Shown: in pieces, positions 8,232-17,325 of the stretch
Numbering within the stretch: position 1 is the stretch's first letter
Layout of the letters: every line of letters begins with the position of its first letter
NCBI GenBank assembly: GCA_038897215.1
Contig: JAWAWX010000001.1
Location: 1,056,001 to 1,120,000 of the forward strand
Length of the DNA stretch: 64,000 bases
DNA from: Acidilobaceae archaeon
GTDB taxonomy: Archaea; Thermoproteota; Thermoprotei_A; Sulfolobales; Acidilobaceae
Direction of reading: 5' to 3'
The notes under the pieces: model-generated
Databases searched by the model: none
Seen by the model: the letters and a program-made list of their open reading frames with translations, nothing else
Told to the model about the DNA's origin: nothing
Program-made: the position numbers and the translations under genes

Positions 8232-9539
8232 TTGAGAGCTAGAGTGTTTATTGAGACTTATGGGTGTGCTTTGGCTGAGTTCGAGTCTAGCGTTATGGAG
8301 GGTTTGTTGAGAGAGAAGGGGTTTGAGCTAGTGGGGAGTGTTGATTGTGCTGACGTCGTTATCGTTAATACCTGCTCTGTTAGGCTTGATACGGAGCAGA
8401 GGATAGTTAAGAGGATTCTCGAGATTCAGGAGTCTCGCTCGAGCGTCGGGCTGGTTATTGCTGGGTGCTTGGCTAAAAGCAGGCCTGGTCTTGTTGCCAG
8501 AGTTGCTCCTAGAGCTTCTATTCTGGCTCCTCAAGCAGTAGGTAGAGTCGTGGAGGCTGTTGAGGCTACTCTCTCGGGCGGGAGGCTTGTTGTTCTCGAC
8601 TCTGAGAGAGACTTCTGTAGAGTGCCCCCGGTTTCTCCACGGGGGGTTGTTGGCACTGTCATGGTTCAAGAGGGGTGTTTGAATGAGTGTAGCTTCTGTA
8701 TCACTAAGCTAGCTAGACCCAAGCTGGGGAGCTATCCTGTCAGCGTCGTAGTTGAGACTGTTAGGAGGCTTGTGGAGATGGGGGCTGTAGAGGTCAGGCT
8801 TACCGGGATGGATACTGGAGCCTACGGGCTAGACCTTCCGGGCAAGCCTACTCTAGCAGACTTGATTAGAGAGATCCTGGATAAAGTGGTGGGAGACTAC
8901 GTGATCAGAGTCGGGATGATGACCCCGGAGTCTGCTATAGAGATAGTAGACGACCTGGTAGACGCCTACAGAGACCCGAGAGTCTACAAGTACTTCCACA
9001 TACCCGTGCAGAGTGGAGACAACAAGATACTAAGAGCGATGGGGAGAAGGTATAGCGTAGAAGACTACAAGAGCCTCTACGAGAAGATAAGGAGCGCTTA
9101 TCCTGAAGCCATGATTGCAACCGACGTGATAGTAGGGCATCCTGGAGAAGACGAGGAGTCCTTCGAGAAAACTGTAGAGCTAGTCAGAGAGCTGGAGTTC
9201 GATAAAGTCCACATAGCCCAGTATACTCTAAGACCACACACTAGAGCACTAGCACTACCCCAAGTGCCCGATAGCGTGAAGAAAGAGAGGAGCACGAGGC
9301 TAACCAAGATAGTCGAGTCTATATGCTACAAGAAGCTATCGAGATACAGAGGGAGAATCGTAGAAGCTAGAGTAGTCGAGGAAGGCTTCAGAGCCGGGAG
9401 CCTAGTAGCTAGACTCGACAACTACACACCCCTAGTCTTGAGAGGAGGGAGAGAGCTCTTAGGTAAGAGAGTTAGAGCCCTTATCGAGGACAACACGTTC
9501 TTCGACCTCAGAGGCAGAGTCTTAGAGACCCTAGCCTAG
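8232..9539 (+). CDS. mtaB: tRNA t6A37 methylthiotransferase (archaeal MtaB/MiaB-like)
   Basis: ETYGC, NTCSV, AGC (UPF0004); CLNECSFC radical SAM; HIPVQSG; TRAM tail. Confidence 0.9.
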   Translation: MRARVFIETYGCALAEFESSVMEGLLREKGFELVGSVDCADVVIVNTCSVRLDTEQRIVKRILEIQESRSSVGLVIAGCLAKSRPGLVARVAPRASILAPQAVGRVVEAVEATLSGGRLVVLDSERDFCRVPPVSPRGVVGTVMVQEGCLNECSFCITKLARPKLGSYPVSVVVETVRRLVEMGAVEVRLTGMDTGAYGLDLPGKPTLADLIREILDKVVGDYVIRVGMMTPESAIEIVDDLVDAYRDPRVYKYFHIPVQSGDNKILRAMGRRYSVEDYKSLYEKIRSAYPEAMIATDVIVGHPGEDEESFEKTVELVRELEFDKVHIAQYTLRPHTRALALPQVPDSVKKERSTRLTKIVESICYKKLSRYRGRIVEARVVEEGFRAGSLVARLDNYTPLVLRGGRELLGKRVRALIEDNTFFDLRGRVLETLA

Positions 9540-9828
9540 AATACGCTCGGAGAGAGGAGAGCCACTCCCTCCCCCCTCTCCGCGTTCTCGCAAAACATGT
9601 ACAAGCTTTAGCTCATCGAAGCCGTGGAGACCGACACTTTGAGCTCTCGCCTACTCAGCCTAGGTGGAGGGCTTCACGTCTTTGGGCTCGATGGCTACAC
9701 GTGAGTCACGCTAGCGCTAAGACTGTAGCGAGTAAAGCAGAAGTCTCTTACGAGAAGACGTCAAAGAGTAGGAGCGAGTACACGGGAGCAGATGGGAGAG
9801 TGTGGAGGGCTCTCGGCTTCTCTTACCT

Positions 9829-9990
9829 CTACTCTTCTTCCTCCTCTTCTTCCCAGAACTCTTCCTCCTCTTCCTCCTCCTCCCAGAACTCTTCTTCTTC
9901 GTCGAACTCCTCCTCTTCTTCTAGCTCCTCTTCCTCCTCCCAGAACTCTTCCTCCTCTTCCTCTTCTTCTACGGGCCTCTTAGGGGGCAT
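9829..9990 (-). CDS. 53-aa poly-Glu microprotein with FW repeats
   Basis: MPPKRPV-E8-FW-E5-L-E5-FD-E4-FW-E8-FW-E7-stop; GAGGAGG RBS; TATATATA at 10030-10037. Confidence 0.75.
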   Translation of the reverse strand: MPPKRPVEEEEEEEEFWEEEEELEEEEEFDEEEEFWEEEEEEEEFWEEEEEEE

Positions 9991-10029
9991 TTCCTCCTCA
10001 CTCTCGGGTTTCTGGCTTAGAGGTCTAAG

Positions 10030-10037
10030 TATATATA
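10030..10037 (-). promoter_or_regulatory. TATA box of acidic microprotein gene
   Basis: TATATATA about 40 nt upstream of ATG 9990. Confidence 0.55.
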
Positions 10038-10142
10038 GTTTCTAGCTAGAGCTCTCCCTCGTAGGGCTAGAGTCTGATTCTGGAGGTTTACGAGTTCAAG
10101 AGGGTTCCATCGATTGCTCTCGATAGGAGAGAGCTCTCCCTC

Positions 10143-10961
10143 TTGCTCGATGCCTGCAGGAGAGGGAGCGGGCTGGTTAGAGTAGACTTGGGTCTTAGAG
10201 AGGCTAGAGTCTCGGAGTCGGGGGGCTTTTGTAGAGTCTCATCGGGTATCTTCGAGGCTTCTGTGAGGCTTGGTGATGTAGAGGAGGCTGTTGAGGAAGC
10301 CGGGGAGAGAGATGTTATCGTGGTGCAGGCTTCAGGAGAGCTGGTGGTAGCTGAGATTAGAGGAGAGCACTACTACAGGCTAGTTTCTCTAGGCGAGACT
10401 GCTCCAACGCTGGAGATCGACGGGATCCACATGCATAGAGTATCCGAGACCACTCCCTGGGCTGATGCCGAGCTCAAAGTGAGACTAGCGGGAGTAAGGA
10501 GAGGCTACAGAGTGCTCGATGTCTGCACGGGTCTAGGCTACACTGCTATACACTCTCTACTCAGAGGAGCTACTAGCGTTACCACGATAGAGGTCGATGA
10601 GAACGTGTTGACTCTAGCAGAGCTAAACCCTTGGAGTGAGCTCCTAGGAGACCCTAGAGTAGTCTTGATTAAAGGAAACGCTGTAGAGGTCGTCGGGGAG
10701 CTCAAGGGAAGCTATCACGTAGTGATACACGACCCCCCGCGGTTCGCGTCCTCCACGGGAGAACTCTACAGCGTGAGCTTTTACAGAGAGCTCTACAGGC
10801 TTCTAGCAAGAGGAGGGAGGCTCTTCCACTATACTGGAGAGCCTGGGAGAGCGAGAGGAGCCCAGTTCCCCTCACGAGTAGCCTCTAAGCTCGAGGAGGC
10901 TGGGTTCAGAGTTCTGAGATACGACTCGAGAGCTCTAGGAGTAGTAGCGGTCAAGCTCTAG
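10143..10961 (+). CDS. archaeal SAM-dependent methyltransferase (COG2521-like)
   Basis: PTLEIDGIHMHR, VLDVCTGLGYTA, HDPPRF. Confidence 0.85.
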   Translation: MLDACRRGSGLVRVDLGLREARVSESGGFCRVSSGIFEASVRLGDVEEAVEEAGERDVIVVQASGELVVAEIRGEHYYRLVSLGETAPTLEIDGIHMHRVSETTPWADAELKVRLAGVRRGYRVLDVCTGLGYTAIHSLLRGATSVTTIEVDENVLTLAELNPWSELLGDPRVVLIKGNAVEVVGELKGSYHVVIHDPPRFASSTGELYSVSFYRELYRLLARGGRLFHYTGEPGRARGAQFPSRVASKLEEAGFRVLRYDSRALGVVAVKL

Positions 10962-11051
10962 GAGAGTGGAGCGACTGCCCCGGCTACGCTCGAGTAATCA
11001 CAAAACTAAAATATCCGGGCTAGGGGGTAGTATAGAGGGCTGGGCGGAGTA

Positions 11052-11216
11052 ATGCAAGGAGGCTTTGAGATCATCGAGGAGTACGTGAAGCACGGAATGA
11101 GGAGATTCAAGGTGAGAGTAAAGGGGACTAACTTAGTCCTAGACCTTCACGCAGACAACGCTGAAGAAGCTCTCAAGAGAGCCGAGGAGATGGCTAGGAG
11201 AATCATGAGACTCTAG
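11052..11216 (+). CDS. 54-aa hypothetical protein (below ORF-track cutoff)
   Basis: MQGGFEIIEEYVKHGMRRFKVRVKGTNLVLDLHADNAEEALKRAEEMARRIMRL; GGAG RBS, A/T-rich promoter-like element near 11001-11014. Confidence 0.7.
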   Translation: MQGGFEIIEEYVKHGMRRFKVRVKGTNLVLDLHADNAEEALKRAEEMARRIMRL

Positions 11217-11268
11217 ACGCCCCCTCCCCCGACTTCCCGCTAGTTGTTCAGCAGAGCCGCTCCTAGGC

Positions 11269-11973
11269 TCAGCTAGGCGGCTTTACTGTCTTCTCACCGA
11301 CTATGTAGACTCTACCCGACTCTCTAACCTCTGTCTTGAATACTGGCGCCTCGAACTTGACTCTCTCTAGGGCTTCTGCTAGCGCTGGGATCGCGTTTTT
11401 CCTCGACAGTCCCGCTGTAGCTATCACTATAGTCTTCTCCCCGGGCTTCCTCCTACCCACGTAGTGCAGTATTGCTACACCTCTGAGCCCCCACTTCTCG
11501 CCGACTTCTCTAGCTATCTTCTCTAGAGACTTCTCTAGTAGCTCTTGGGAGTACTCGTAGACCAGCTCTTCTACACGCTCTCCCTCATTCTCGGGCTTGA
11601 CTACTCCTACGAAGACTGCTATAGCTCCGACTCCGAGCTTGCTCAACTCCTCTACTACCGCGTTCAAGTCTACCTCCTCTCCTTCTCTCACTACTCCACT
11701 AACGACTCTCAAGCCTCCTCCCGAGGGTAGAGGCATGAGGTGGACTACGTTACTCCTAGCTACTCCCCCCTTCTCCAGCCTCTCCCCACTCCCATCTAAG
11801 ACCACGAAGGAGTCTCCTAGAGCTTCCAGAACTCTAGCAATACCCTCTATCTTCGAGAGCTCACCCAGGATCTCCTCGAAGCTACCTCTCTCGACCTCAA
11901 CCTCGACCTCAGGCCTTCCCGCCATGTCTCTAAACAGGGAGTAGAGCTTGACTCTAACTCTCAAAGAGCACAC
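11269..11973 (-). CDS. moaE: MoaD-MoaE fusion (molybdopterin synthase)
   Basis: Ubiquitin-like N-domain ending MPLPSGG; MoaE motifs GAIAVFVGVV, KFEAPVFKTE. Confidence 0.88.
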   Translation of the reverse strand: MCSLRVRVKLYSLFRDMAGRPEVEVEVERGSFEEILGELSKIEGIARVLEALGDSFVVLDGSGERLEKGGVARSNVVHLMPLPSGGGLRVVSGVVREGEEVDLNAVVEELSKLGVGAIAVFVGVVKPENEGERVEELVYEYSQELLEKSLEKIAREVGEKWGLRGVAILHYVGRRKPGEKTIVIATAGLSRKNAIPALAEALERVKFEAPVFKTEVRESGRVYIVGEKTVKPPS

Positions 11974-12005
11974 GCTCCCGGAAAGCCGTGTGGGAAGCCG
12001 GGGAC

Positions 12006-12257
12006 TTAAATCCTCTTAGAGGATCTAGACGCACGGCTCTTAGCGAACTCTCCAGCCAAGTCTCTAGCTACTGCTAGACAAGAGTAGTCGAGTCTCTCGA
12101 AGAGGAGCTTGAAGAACCTATAGGCGCAACGAGAGCTATGAAACTCTAGAGTAAAGCCTCCTCTCGCTAATACCACTCCCTGCCCCTCGGGGAAGGGCCG
12201 CCCACACACCACGCATGCCCTCTTGTCTCCCAAGAGAGTAGCACCTCCTAGGAGCAC
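12006..12257 (-). CDS. TRASH/YHS-like metal-binding small protein
   Basis: CVVCGRPFPEGQG...FHSSRC. Confidence 0.7.
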   Translation of the reverse strand: MLLGGATLLGDKRACVVCGRPFPEGQGVVLARGGFTLEFHSSRCAYRFFKLLFERLDYSCLAVARDLAGEFAKSRASRSSKRI

Positions 12258-12315
12258 GAGTAGAGTATCGGCCTTAAATAAGGGGGGAGAGTGGGGGAGG
12301 AGAGCGTGTATGGAG

Positions 12316-12816
12316 CTATAGCTTCTTGAGGCCCCAGAGCTTCCTGGCTAGCACCTTGACTCCAGCGCTGACCCCGTCTAGTATCTTGGGGTTTAGGAGC
12401 ATCCTGACTCTCTTAGACGGAGGCTTCTGCTTGCTTAGCTCCTCGCTCAAGCTTAGAGCTGAGGCTAGTATTGCTCTAGCCCCGAAGTACTTCTCGGCGA
12501 TCAAGTCCTCGAATAGCTTCTGCCAGACAGTTGGGTCTCTGGCTCTCCTCACCATGACCAGGTAGCCGCCGACTGCTGGGCCTATCTCTGGCTTGAGTCT
12601 GAGCGCCGTCATGGTGGCGGTCTTACTCTCAGCTTCTACTAGCCCGAGCTTCTTCAGAGTATCAGCTACAGTCTTGAAGAGCTCCTGCACACCCCTGCCT
12701 CCTATCTTCACCAAGGTTACCTCTCTAGCCTCTGGTCTCGTTACTCTCAACTGTAGTGAAGGCCCTCTAGCTGTAGTCTTCAAAACTAGCCTGTACTGTC
12801 TGGTTTCTGTACTCAC
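12316..12816 (-). CDS. basic hypothetical protein
   Basis: 166-aa ORF, TATA-like TTTAAG upstream. Confidence 0.7.
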   Translation of the reverse strand: MSTETRQYRLVLKTTARGPSLQLRVTRPEAREVTLVKIGGRGVQELFKTVADTLKKLGLVEAESKTATMTALRLKPEIGPAVGGYLVMVRRARDPTVWQKLFEDLIAEKYFGARAILASALSLSEELSKQKPPSKRVRMLLNPKILDGVSAGVKVLARKLWGLKKL

Positions 12817-12864
12817 CCCGAATCACCAGATCCTAGCTAGTAGGACACGGGCTTAAATATGATT

Positions 12865-13863
12865 TCATAGTCGCTTACTGCTCCTAAGATAAGAGTCCAC
12901 GCTTCTAGCTACTCGAAGCCCGGACTTTATCGCTACACCTATCCTACTAGGTCCGTGCACGGCATCACCGCAAGCGAAGACTCCGGGAATGCTTGTCATC
13001 ATCTTCTCGTCTACTACGAGAGTGCCGTCGCTCCTCCTCTTTAGCTCGAGCTCCGTGGGTAGAGGAGCGGGCTCTAGGCCAATCGCTAGTAGCACGTAGT
13101 CGACCTCTATCTCTATCTTCTCGCTCGTGACCTCAACAGAGCCCGACTCCGTGATTCTAGTCTTAGCTAGCTCCACTACTCTCCCTCTCTCCTCCTCTCG
13201 GAAGCCTACTGGAGTCGTGTACTCTAGGATCCTGACTCCTCTCCTCTCCAGCTCCTCGAGGCTAGCCGCTCCGCTAGGAGCCTCTCTCCTGCTCCTCCTA
13301 TAGCTCAAAGTGATACTCTCCACTCTACTCCTCAGCTCCGGGTAGTCTAGGAGAACTGTCACCACGTCTACAGCAGTATAGCCAGCACCCACTACGAGAA
13401 CTCTGCCCTCGGGCTTGACGAGTCTCCCGAAGGGCTCGTAGCCGAGTCTAGCCAAGTGTACTAGCGAGAGCCACTCTAGAGCTCTCAAAACCCAGCCGCT
13501 CTCCTCTCCTGGAGCGTTCAGCCTCCTAGAGCGCCAGGCTCCCGTAGCTATCACCACGGAGTCGAAGACCTCGACTAGGCTCTCTAGCCTCACATCTCTA
13601 CCTACTCTCGTATTGAACACGAAGAAGACCCCGTTATCCATGAGCTCTCTAACGCCAAGCCTAACAGACCTCTTGTCTACCCTATGGTCAGGTATCCCGA
13701 AGACGAGTATGCCGCCTGCTTCAGGCATAGCCTCGAAGACAGTCACGCTGTGACCCGCGCAAAGCAATCCGCCTGCTGCAGCGAGCCCCGCTGGGCCTCC
13801 CCCCACTATCGCTACACTAAAGTCAGATGGCGGAGCTCTCTCCCTACAGAGCAGGAATCTCAC
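12865..13863 (-). CDS. GltD-like FAD/NADPH oxidoreductase without N-terminal Fe-S domain
   Basis: GGGPAG, FGIP, IATGAW, GAGYTAVD, SYRRS, FACGD. Confidence 0.88.
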   Translation of the reverse strand: MRFLLCRERAPPSDFSVAIVGGGPAGLAAAGGLLCAGHSVTVFEAMPEAGGILVFGIPDHRVDKRSVRLGVRELMDNGVFFVFNTRVGRDVRLESLVEVFDSVVIATGAWRSRRLNAPGEESGWVLRALEWLSLVHLARLGYEPFGRLVKPEGRVLVVGAGYTAVDVVTVLLDYPELRSRVESITLSYRRSRREAPSGAASLEELERRGVRILEYTTPVGFREEERGRVVELAKTRITESGSVEVTSEKIEIEVDYVLLAIGLEPAPLPTELELKRRSDGTLVVDEKMMTSIPGVFACGDAVHGPSRIGVAIKSGLRVARSVDSYLRSSKRL

Positions 13864-13939
13864 TCGCGAGCCCTCCCTGGGGGGCTTCTCGACCAGCTTT
13901 TTCTCCTCTACTTTACACTCGGCAATCTCGAGAGTAGCT

Positions 13940-14695
13940 ATGCAGAGATGGCTTGAGTCTTTCTTCCTAGAGAAGAGCTTAGAGAGAGCCGTCTCGGAGA
14001 GTCTAGGCGGTAGGTTTGAGTGCAGGAGGATGAGCTTCCTTGGGAGCGCCTACCTCTGCAAAGACTCTAGTAGGAGCGTTGTAGCCAAGGTCTACGACGC
14101 TCTCTCTACCCTCAAGTGGGTTTTAGCGATTCTACTCTCGAGACCCGCTATAGGCTATAGAGTCCTCCCCGTTGAGAGACTCGCCTCCGAGCTAGCTTAC
14201 TCTCGGAGGCTAGAGAGGTGCGTGAAGACATTCAAGGCTATCGGGGTAGTCGAGGTATCGGGCTACTACACTCTACTAAGAGACTACCTGCCGGGAGCGC
14301 CTCTACTCGAGAGGAGAGAGCCTAGAGCCTGGAGACTTCTAGGAGAGACTCTAGCCAGGATCCACGGGGGAGGCGTAGCTCTAGGAGACGCCAACCCCGG
14401 AAACTTCATCCTCTCAGAGGGAGAAGTAGCGGTCGTAGACCTAGAGCAGGCGAGAGAGATGGAGGAAAGCCTAGCAGCCTGGGACCTCGTTACTCTACTC
14501 ATACACAGCCAGGTTAGAGGCGTCTCCCTCTCTCTGATAGTAGAAACCCTGGAGGGCTACGCTGAAGACGGGGAAGCGCTCCGTAGAGCGAGAAGAGAGC
14601 TCAGAAACCCCCGAGTCTGGACTCCCTACATGCTCGTAGCTCAACCACTAATACCTCACGCTCTGCTAGCTCTCAGAAGAGCAGGATACCTCTAG
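13940..14695 (+). CDS. protein-kinase-like fold phosphotransferase (RIO/Kdo/APH-like)
   Basis: VVAKVY, LGDANPGNF, VVDLEQA. Confidence 0.75.
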   Translation: MQRWLESFFLEKSLERAVSESLGGRFECRRMSFLGSAYLCKDSSRSVVAKVYDALSTLKWVLAILLSRPAIGYRVLPVERLASELAYSRRLERCVKTFKAIGVVEVSGYYTLLRDYLPGAPLLERREPRAWRLLGETLARIHGGGVALGDANPGNFILSEGEVAVVDLEQAREMEESLAAWDLVTLLIHSQVRGVSLSLIVETLEGYAEDGEALRRARRELRNPRVWTPYMLVAQPLIPHALLALRRAGYL

Positions 14696-14719
14696 CCTCC
14701 CTCGGGGGAGAGGTAGCCC

Positions 14720-15133
14720 ATGCCTCTACTCGTTCTCAGAGAAGACGGTAGAGTTTCTAGAGCAAAGCTGGAGGACTACGAGGAAGCAGTGTATGCTCTA
14801 GTCCAGCTCCTCGAGCCAGGAGCTCTCACCACCTACGGGTGTCTGGGGAGAGCTCTGAGAGTTAGCGCTAGACTCGTGGGGAGAGCTCTCTCGAGAAACA
14901 AGAGCCCTATAGTCATCCCCTGCCATAGAGTCGTGGGTAGGAAGAGTCCCGGAGGCTACAGTCTAAGCGTTTCTCTCAAGAAGAGACTCCTAGCTCTAGA
15001 AGGCTTGAGAGACGAGAGAGCTATTGCTAGAGCTCTTATCGAATGCAGAGACTTCGATGAGTTCCTCTCGAGTCTAAGAGAGCTCTCTAAGAGAACTGGA
15101 GCCGTCTTCCCCCTCGAGCTCGCGAGCGATTAG
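14720..15133 (+). CDS. ogt: O6-methylguanine-DNA methyltransferase family
   Basis: ARLVGRALSRN, PCHRV active site. Confidence 0.85.
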   Translation: MPLLVLREDGRVSRAKLEDYEEAVYALVQLLEPGALTTYGCLGRALRVSARLVGRALSRNKSPIVIPCHRVVGRKSPGGYSLSVSLKKRLLALEGLRDERAIARALIECRDFDEFLSSLRELSKRTGAVFPLELASD

Positions 15134-15200
15134 CCAGCGTGAGTGATGCTAAGACTCTAGAGATATGGGGAGAAGGAGCGTGTGCGCTACGAGAGGCTGG

Positions 15201-16382
15201 CTAGAGTGCTCCGAATCTCCTAGCCCACTCCTCGTACCTTCTCAGAGACTCTTTGTCTACGCTCGGCTTCCTCTTAGCTAGAACCTCTCTGAAGTCTCTC
15301 ATCGTTATAGGTCTAGGCTCTCCTCCCCCCTTCTGGAAGAACTCTCTCACTGTTCTCATGTGAGCGTCTATCACGACATCCCTTATATCGCTACCCGAGT
15401 ATCCTTCGAGCATGTCTGCTAACGCCTCCAAGTCCACATCGCTCCCCAGCTTGAGGTTACTTGTGAGGATCTTCAGCATCTCGATTCGAGCAGTCTTATC
15501 GGGTAGAGGCACGTATATCCTCTTCTGGAACCTCCTCAAGAAGGCCTCGTCTAGCTCCCACGGCTTGTTAGTAGCTCCTATCACGTAGACGTGGAGCTTC
15601 TGCTTCTTATCGAGAACCCCGTCCATCTCCTTCAAGAACTGGTTCCGGACTCTAACCTCTCCCCCGACTTCGACCTCGTGGACTCCGAGTAACGCGTCTA
15701 CCTCGTCTATGAATATGACTACGGGGACTCCCTGTCTAGACTTCTCTCTAGCGTAGGTGAAGATCTTCCTCACGTTCTTCTCTCCTTCTCCGAGCCACTT
15801 GCTCATAACGCTAGCAGCATCAACGTACAGGAACTCAGCGTTAACCTCGTTAGCTGCGGCAGCACCGAGCATAGTCTTCCCGGTGCCCGGGGGCCCGAAG
15901 AGCAGTATCCCTCGCGGCCACCCTAGCGGGAAGAGGTCTGGTCTCCTCACGGGGTATATTATGGCTTCTCTTATAGCCTCCTTAGCGTGCTCTAAGCCCG
16001 CTATATCGTTGAAGGTTATGCTCGGCTTCTCTCTGATCACGAAGGGGGGCAGGAGCTTCTCGATATCTCCTTGAGGAGCTGGAGAGCCGCTATCGCCACC
16101 CGTTACCTCCACGTAGTACTCATCGTCGGAGCCCCCGCTCGAGATTTTCAGCTTACTCTTCTCCTCTAGCTCTCCAATCTTCCTCCTGTATTGCGCCAAG
16201 AGCCTCCTATATATCGGGGTTAGAGGGTGGTCGGGGTAGTGTCTGGTTATCTCTTCGAGAACCTCTACTGCTCTCCTTAGGTTGAGGAGAGCAGTAGAGT
16301 AGTCGCCCTCAGACTCTGCTTTAGCTGCTGCTAGCGCATACCTCCTCGCTGCTCCCTCGAGGTAGGCTAGAGAGTGAGACAA
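15201..16382 (-). CDS. cdvC: Vps4-type AAA ATPase CdvC
   Basis: MIT domain, FPLGWPRGILLFGPPGTGKT, SKWLGE, IFIDEVD, RRFQKR. Confidence 0.92.
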   Translation of the reverse strand: MSHSLAYLEGAARRYALAAAKAESEGDYSTALLNLRRAVEVLEEITRHYPDHPLTPIYRRLLAQYRRKIGELEEKSKLKISSGGSDDEYYVEVTGGDSGSPAPQGDIEKLLPPFVIREKPSITFNDIAGLEHAKEAIREAIIYPVRRPDLFPLGWPRGILLFGPPGTGKTMLGAAAANEVNAEFLYVDAASVMSKWLGEGEKNVRKIFTYAREKSRQGVPVVIFIDEVDALLGVHEVEVGGEVRVRNQFLKEMDGVLDKKQKLHVYVIGATNKPWELDEAFLRRFQKRIYVPLPDKTARIEMLKILTSNLKLGSDVDLEALADMLEGYSGSDIRDVVIDAHMRTVREFFQKGGGEPRPITMRDFREVLAKRKPSVDKESLRRYEEWARRFGAL

Positions 16383-16418
16383 GAGTAGATACCTCCAGCC
16401 CTAGAGGAGGTCTCTCCG

Positions 16419-17180
16419 CTAGGCTTCGGCTAGAGCTTCGGGAGCCTTGTGTACTCTGATCAGACCCTTGGCTTCTAGAGATTCTAGAGCTCTCTTCACA
16501 GCCTCGGGCGTAGTGTTCAGGTCTCTAGCCGCAGCGCTGAGGCTTATCCTGCCCCCTCTGGTCTTCACGTAGTCTAGTAGAGCTTTCTCCAAGTCCTGGC
16601 TCTGGCTCTGAACCCTTATGCCGAGCTCTGCTAGAGCGTAGGCGATCTCCTGCCTGACCTCCGGGTCGATCTCGACCTTAGCTACGGGCATGTTGTCAGC
16701 TAGCACTCCAACCTCTCTTATCAGGCTCTCGGCAGACACCATCACGTTAGAGAGCCTGCCGACAAGCTCTGGGCTCACTTGAGCTAGGTAGCTGTTAGTA
16801 GCTCTCAGCCAGTAGTCTAGCGGAGCAATGCTCCTAATGAGAGTCTCGATGTTTCTAGCGTCTCTCACTCTCTGTATAGCTATCCCTAGAAGCTTGCTGT
16901 AAGCTGTGAGAGCAGTCAGGATCTTCTTCTTGAGAACGATCTCAGCCGCGATCATCTCCGCTGTATCCGAGTCGCTAGCTCTGAGAGCTGCCTGCATTCT
17001 GTCATAGTAGCCCGCTATCTCGCTAGTCAGCTGGTCTCTAGCGCGGTCTACCTCCAGCTTGGCTAGCTCGAGTCTAGCAGCTATCTCATCGAAATCGATA
17101 TCGCTCACATCATGGTCAGGAGTATGCCTAGTCTTGAAGCCTAATCCCTCCACGATACTCCTAAAGATGCTCGCAATCAC
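16419..17180 (-). CDS. cdvB: ESCRT-III CdvB-like protein with C-terminal winged helix
   Basis: Helical Snf7-like core (AEMIAAEIVLKKKI), wH LLDYVKTRGGRISLSAAARDL; directly upstream of cdvC. Confidence 0.8.
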   Translation of the reverse strand: MIASIFRSIVEGLGFKTRHTPDHDVSDIDFDEIAARLELAKLEVDRARDQLTSEIAGYYDRMQAALRASDSDTAEMIAAEIVLKKKILTALTAYSKLLGIAIQRVRDARNIETLIRSIAPLDYWLRATNSYLAQVSPELVGRLSNVMVSAESLIREVGVLADNMPVAKVEIDPEVRQEIAYALAELGIRVQSQSQDLEKALLDYVKTRGGRISLSAAARDLNTTPEAVKRALESLEAKGLIRVHKAPEALAEA

Positions 17181-17325
17181 TACTCAAGCCACCCGAGGAG
17201 AGCTAGCGCTACCCGGAAATTAGAGCAGGCGCGGGAGATAATACGGGAGCCTTACCGACACTCAGGAGGCGTGAGAGCGTCTTCGAGGACTCGCTCTAGA
17301 GGTTTCCGAGCGCGAGAGCTCTCCT

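Noticed and set aside
9701-10045. Ser-rich 114-aa ORF and Pro/Leu-rich 63-aa ORF on the plus strand
   Set aside because: Antisense shadows of the minus-strand poly-Glu gene, which has the RBS and TATA box.
15131-15203. 8-bp inverted repeat TAGCCAGC/GCTGGCTA between convergent ogt and cdvC
   Set aside because: Short, with a long unstructured loop; likely chance given the CTAG/GCT bias.
17235-17290. Possible minus-strand C/D sRNA (CGAAGA...CTGA) upstream of cdvB
   Set aside because: C box degenerate, no convincing C' or D boxes.
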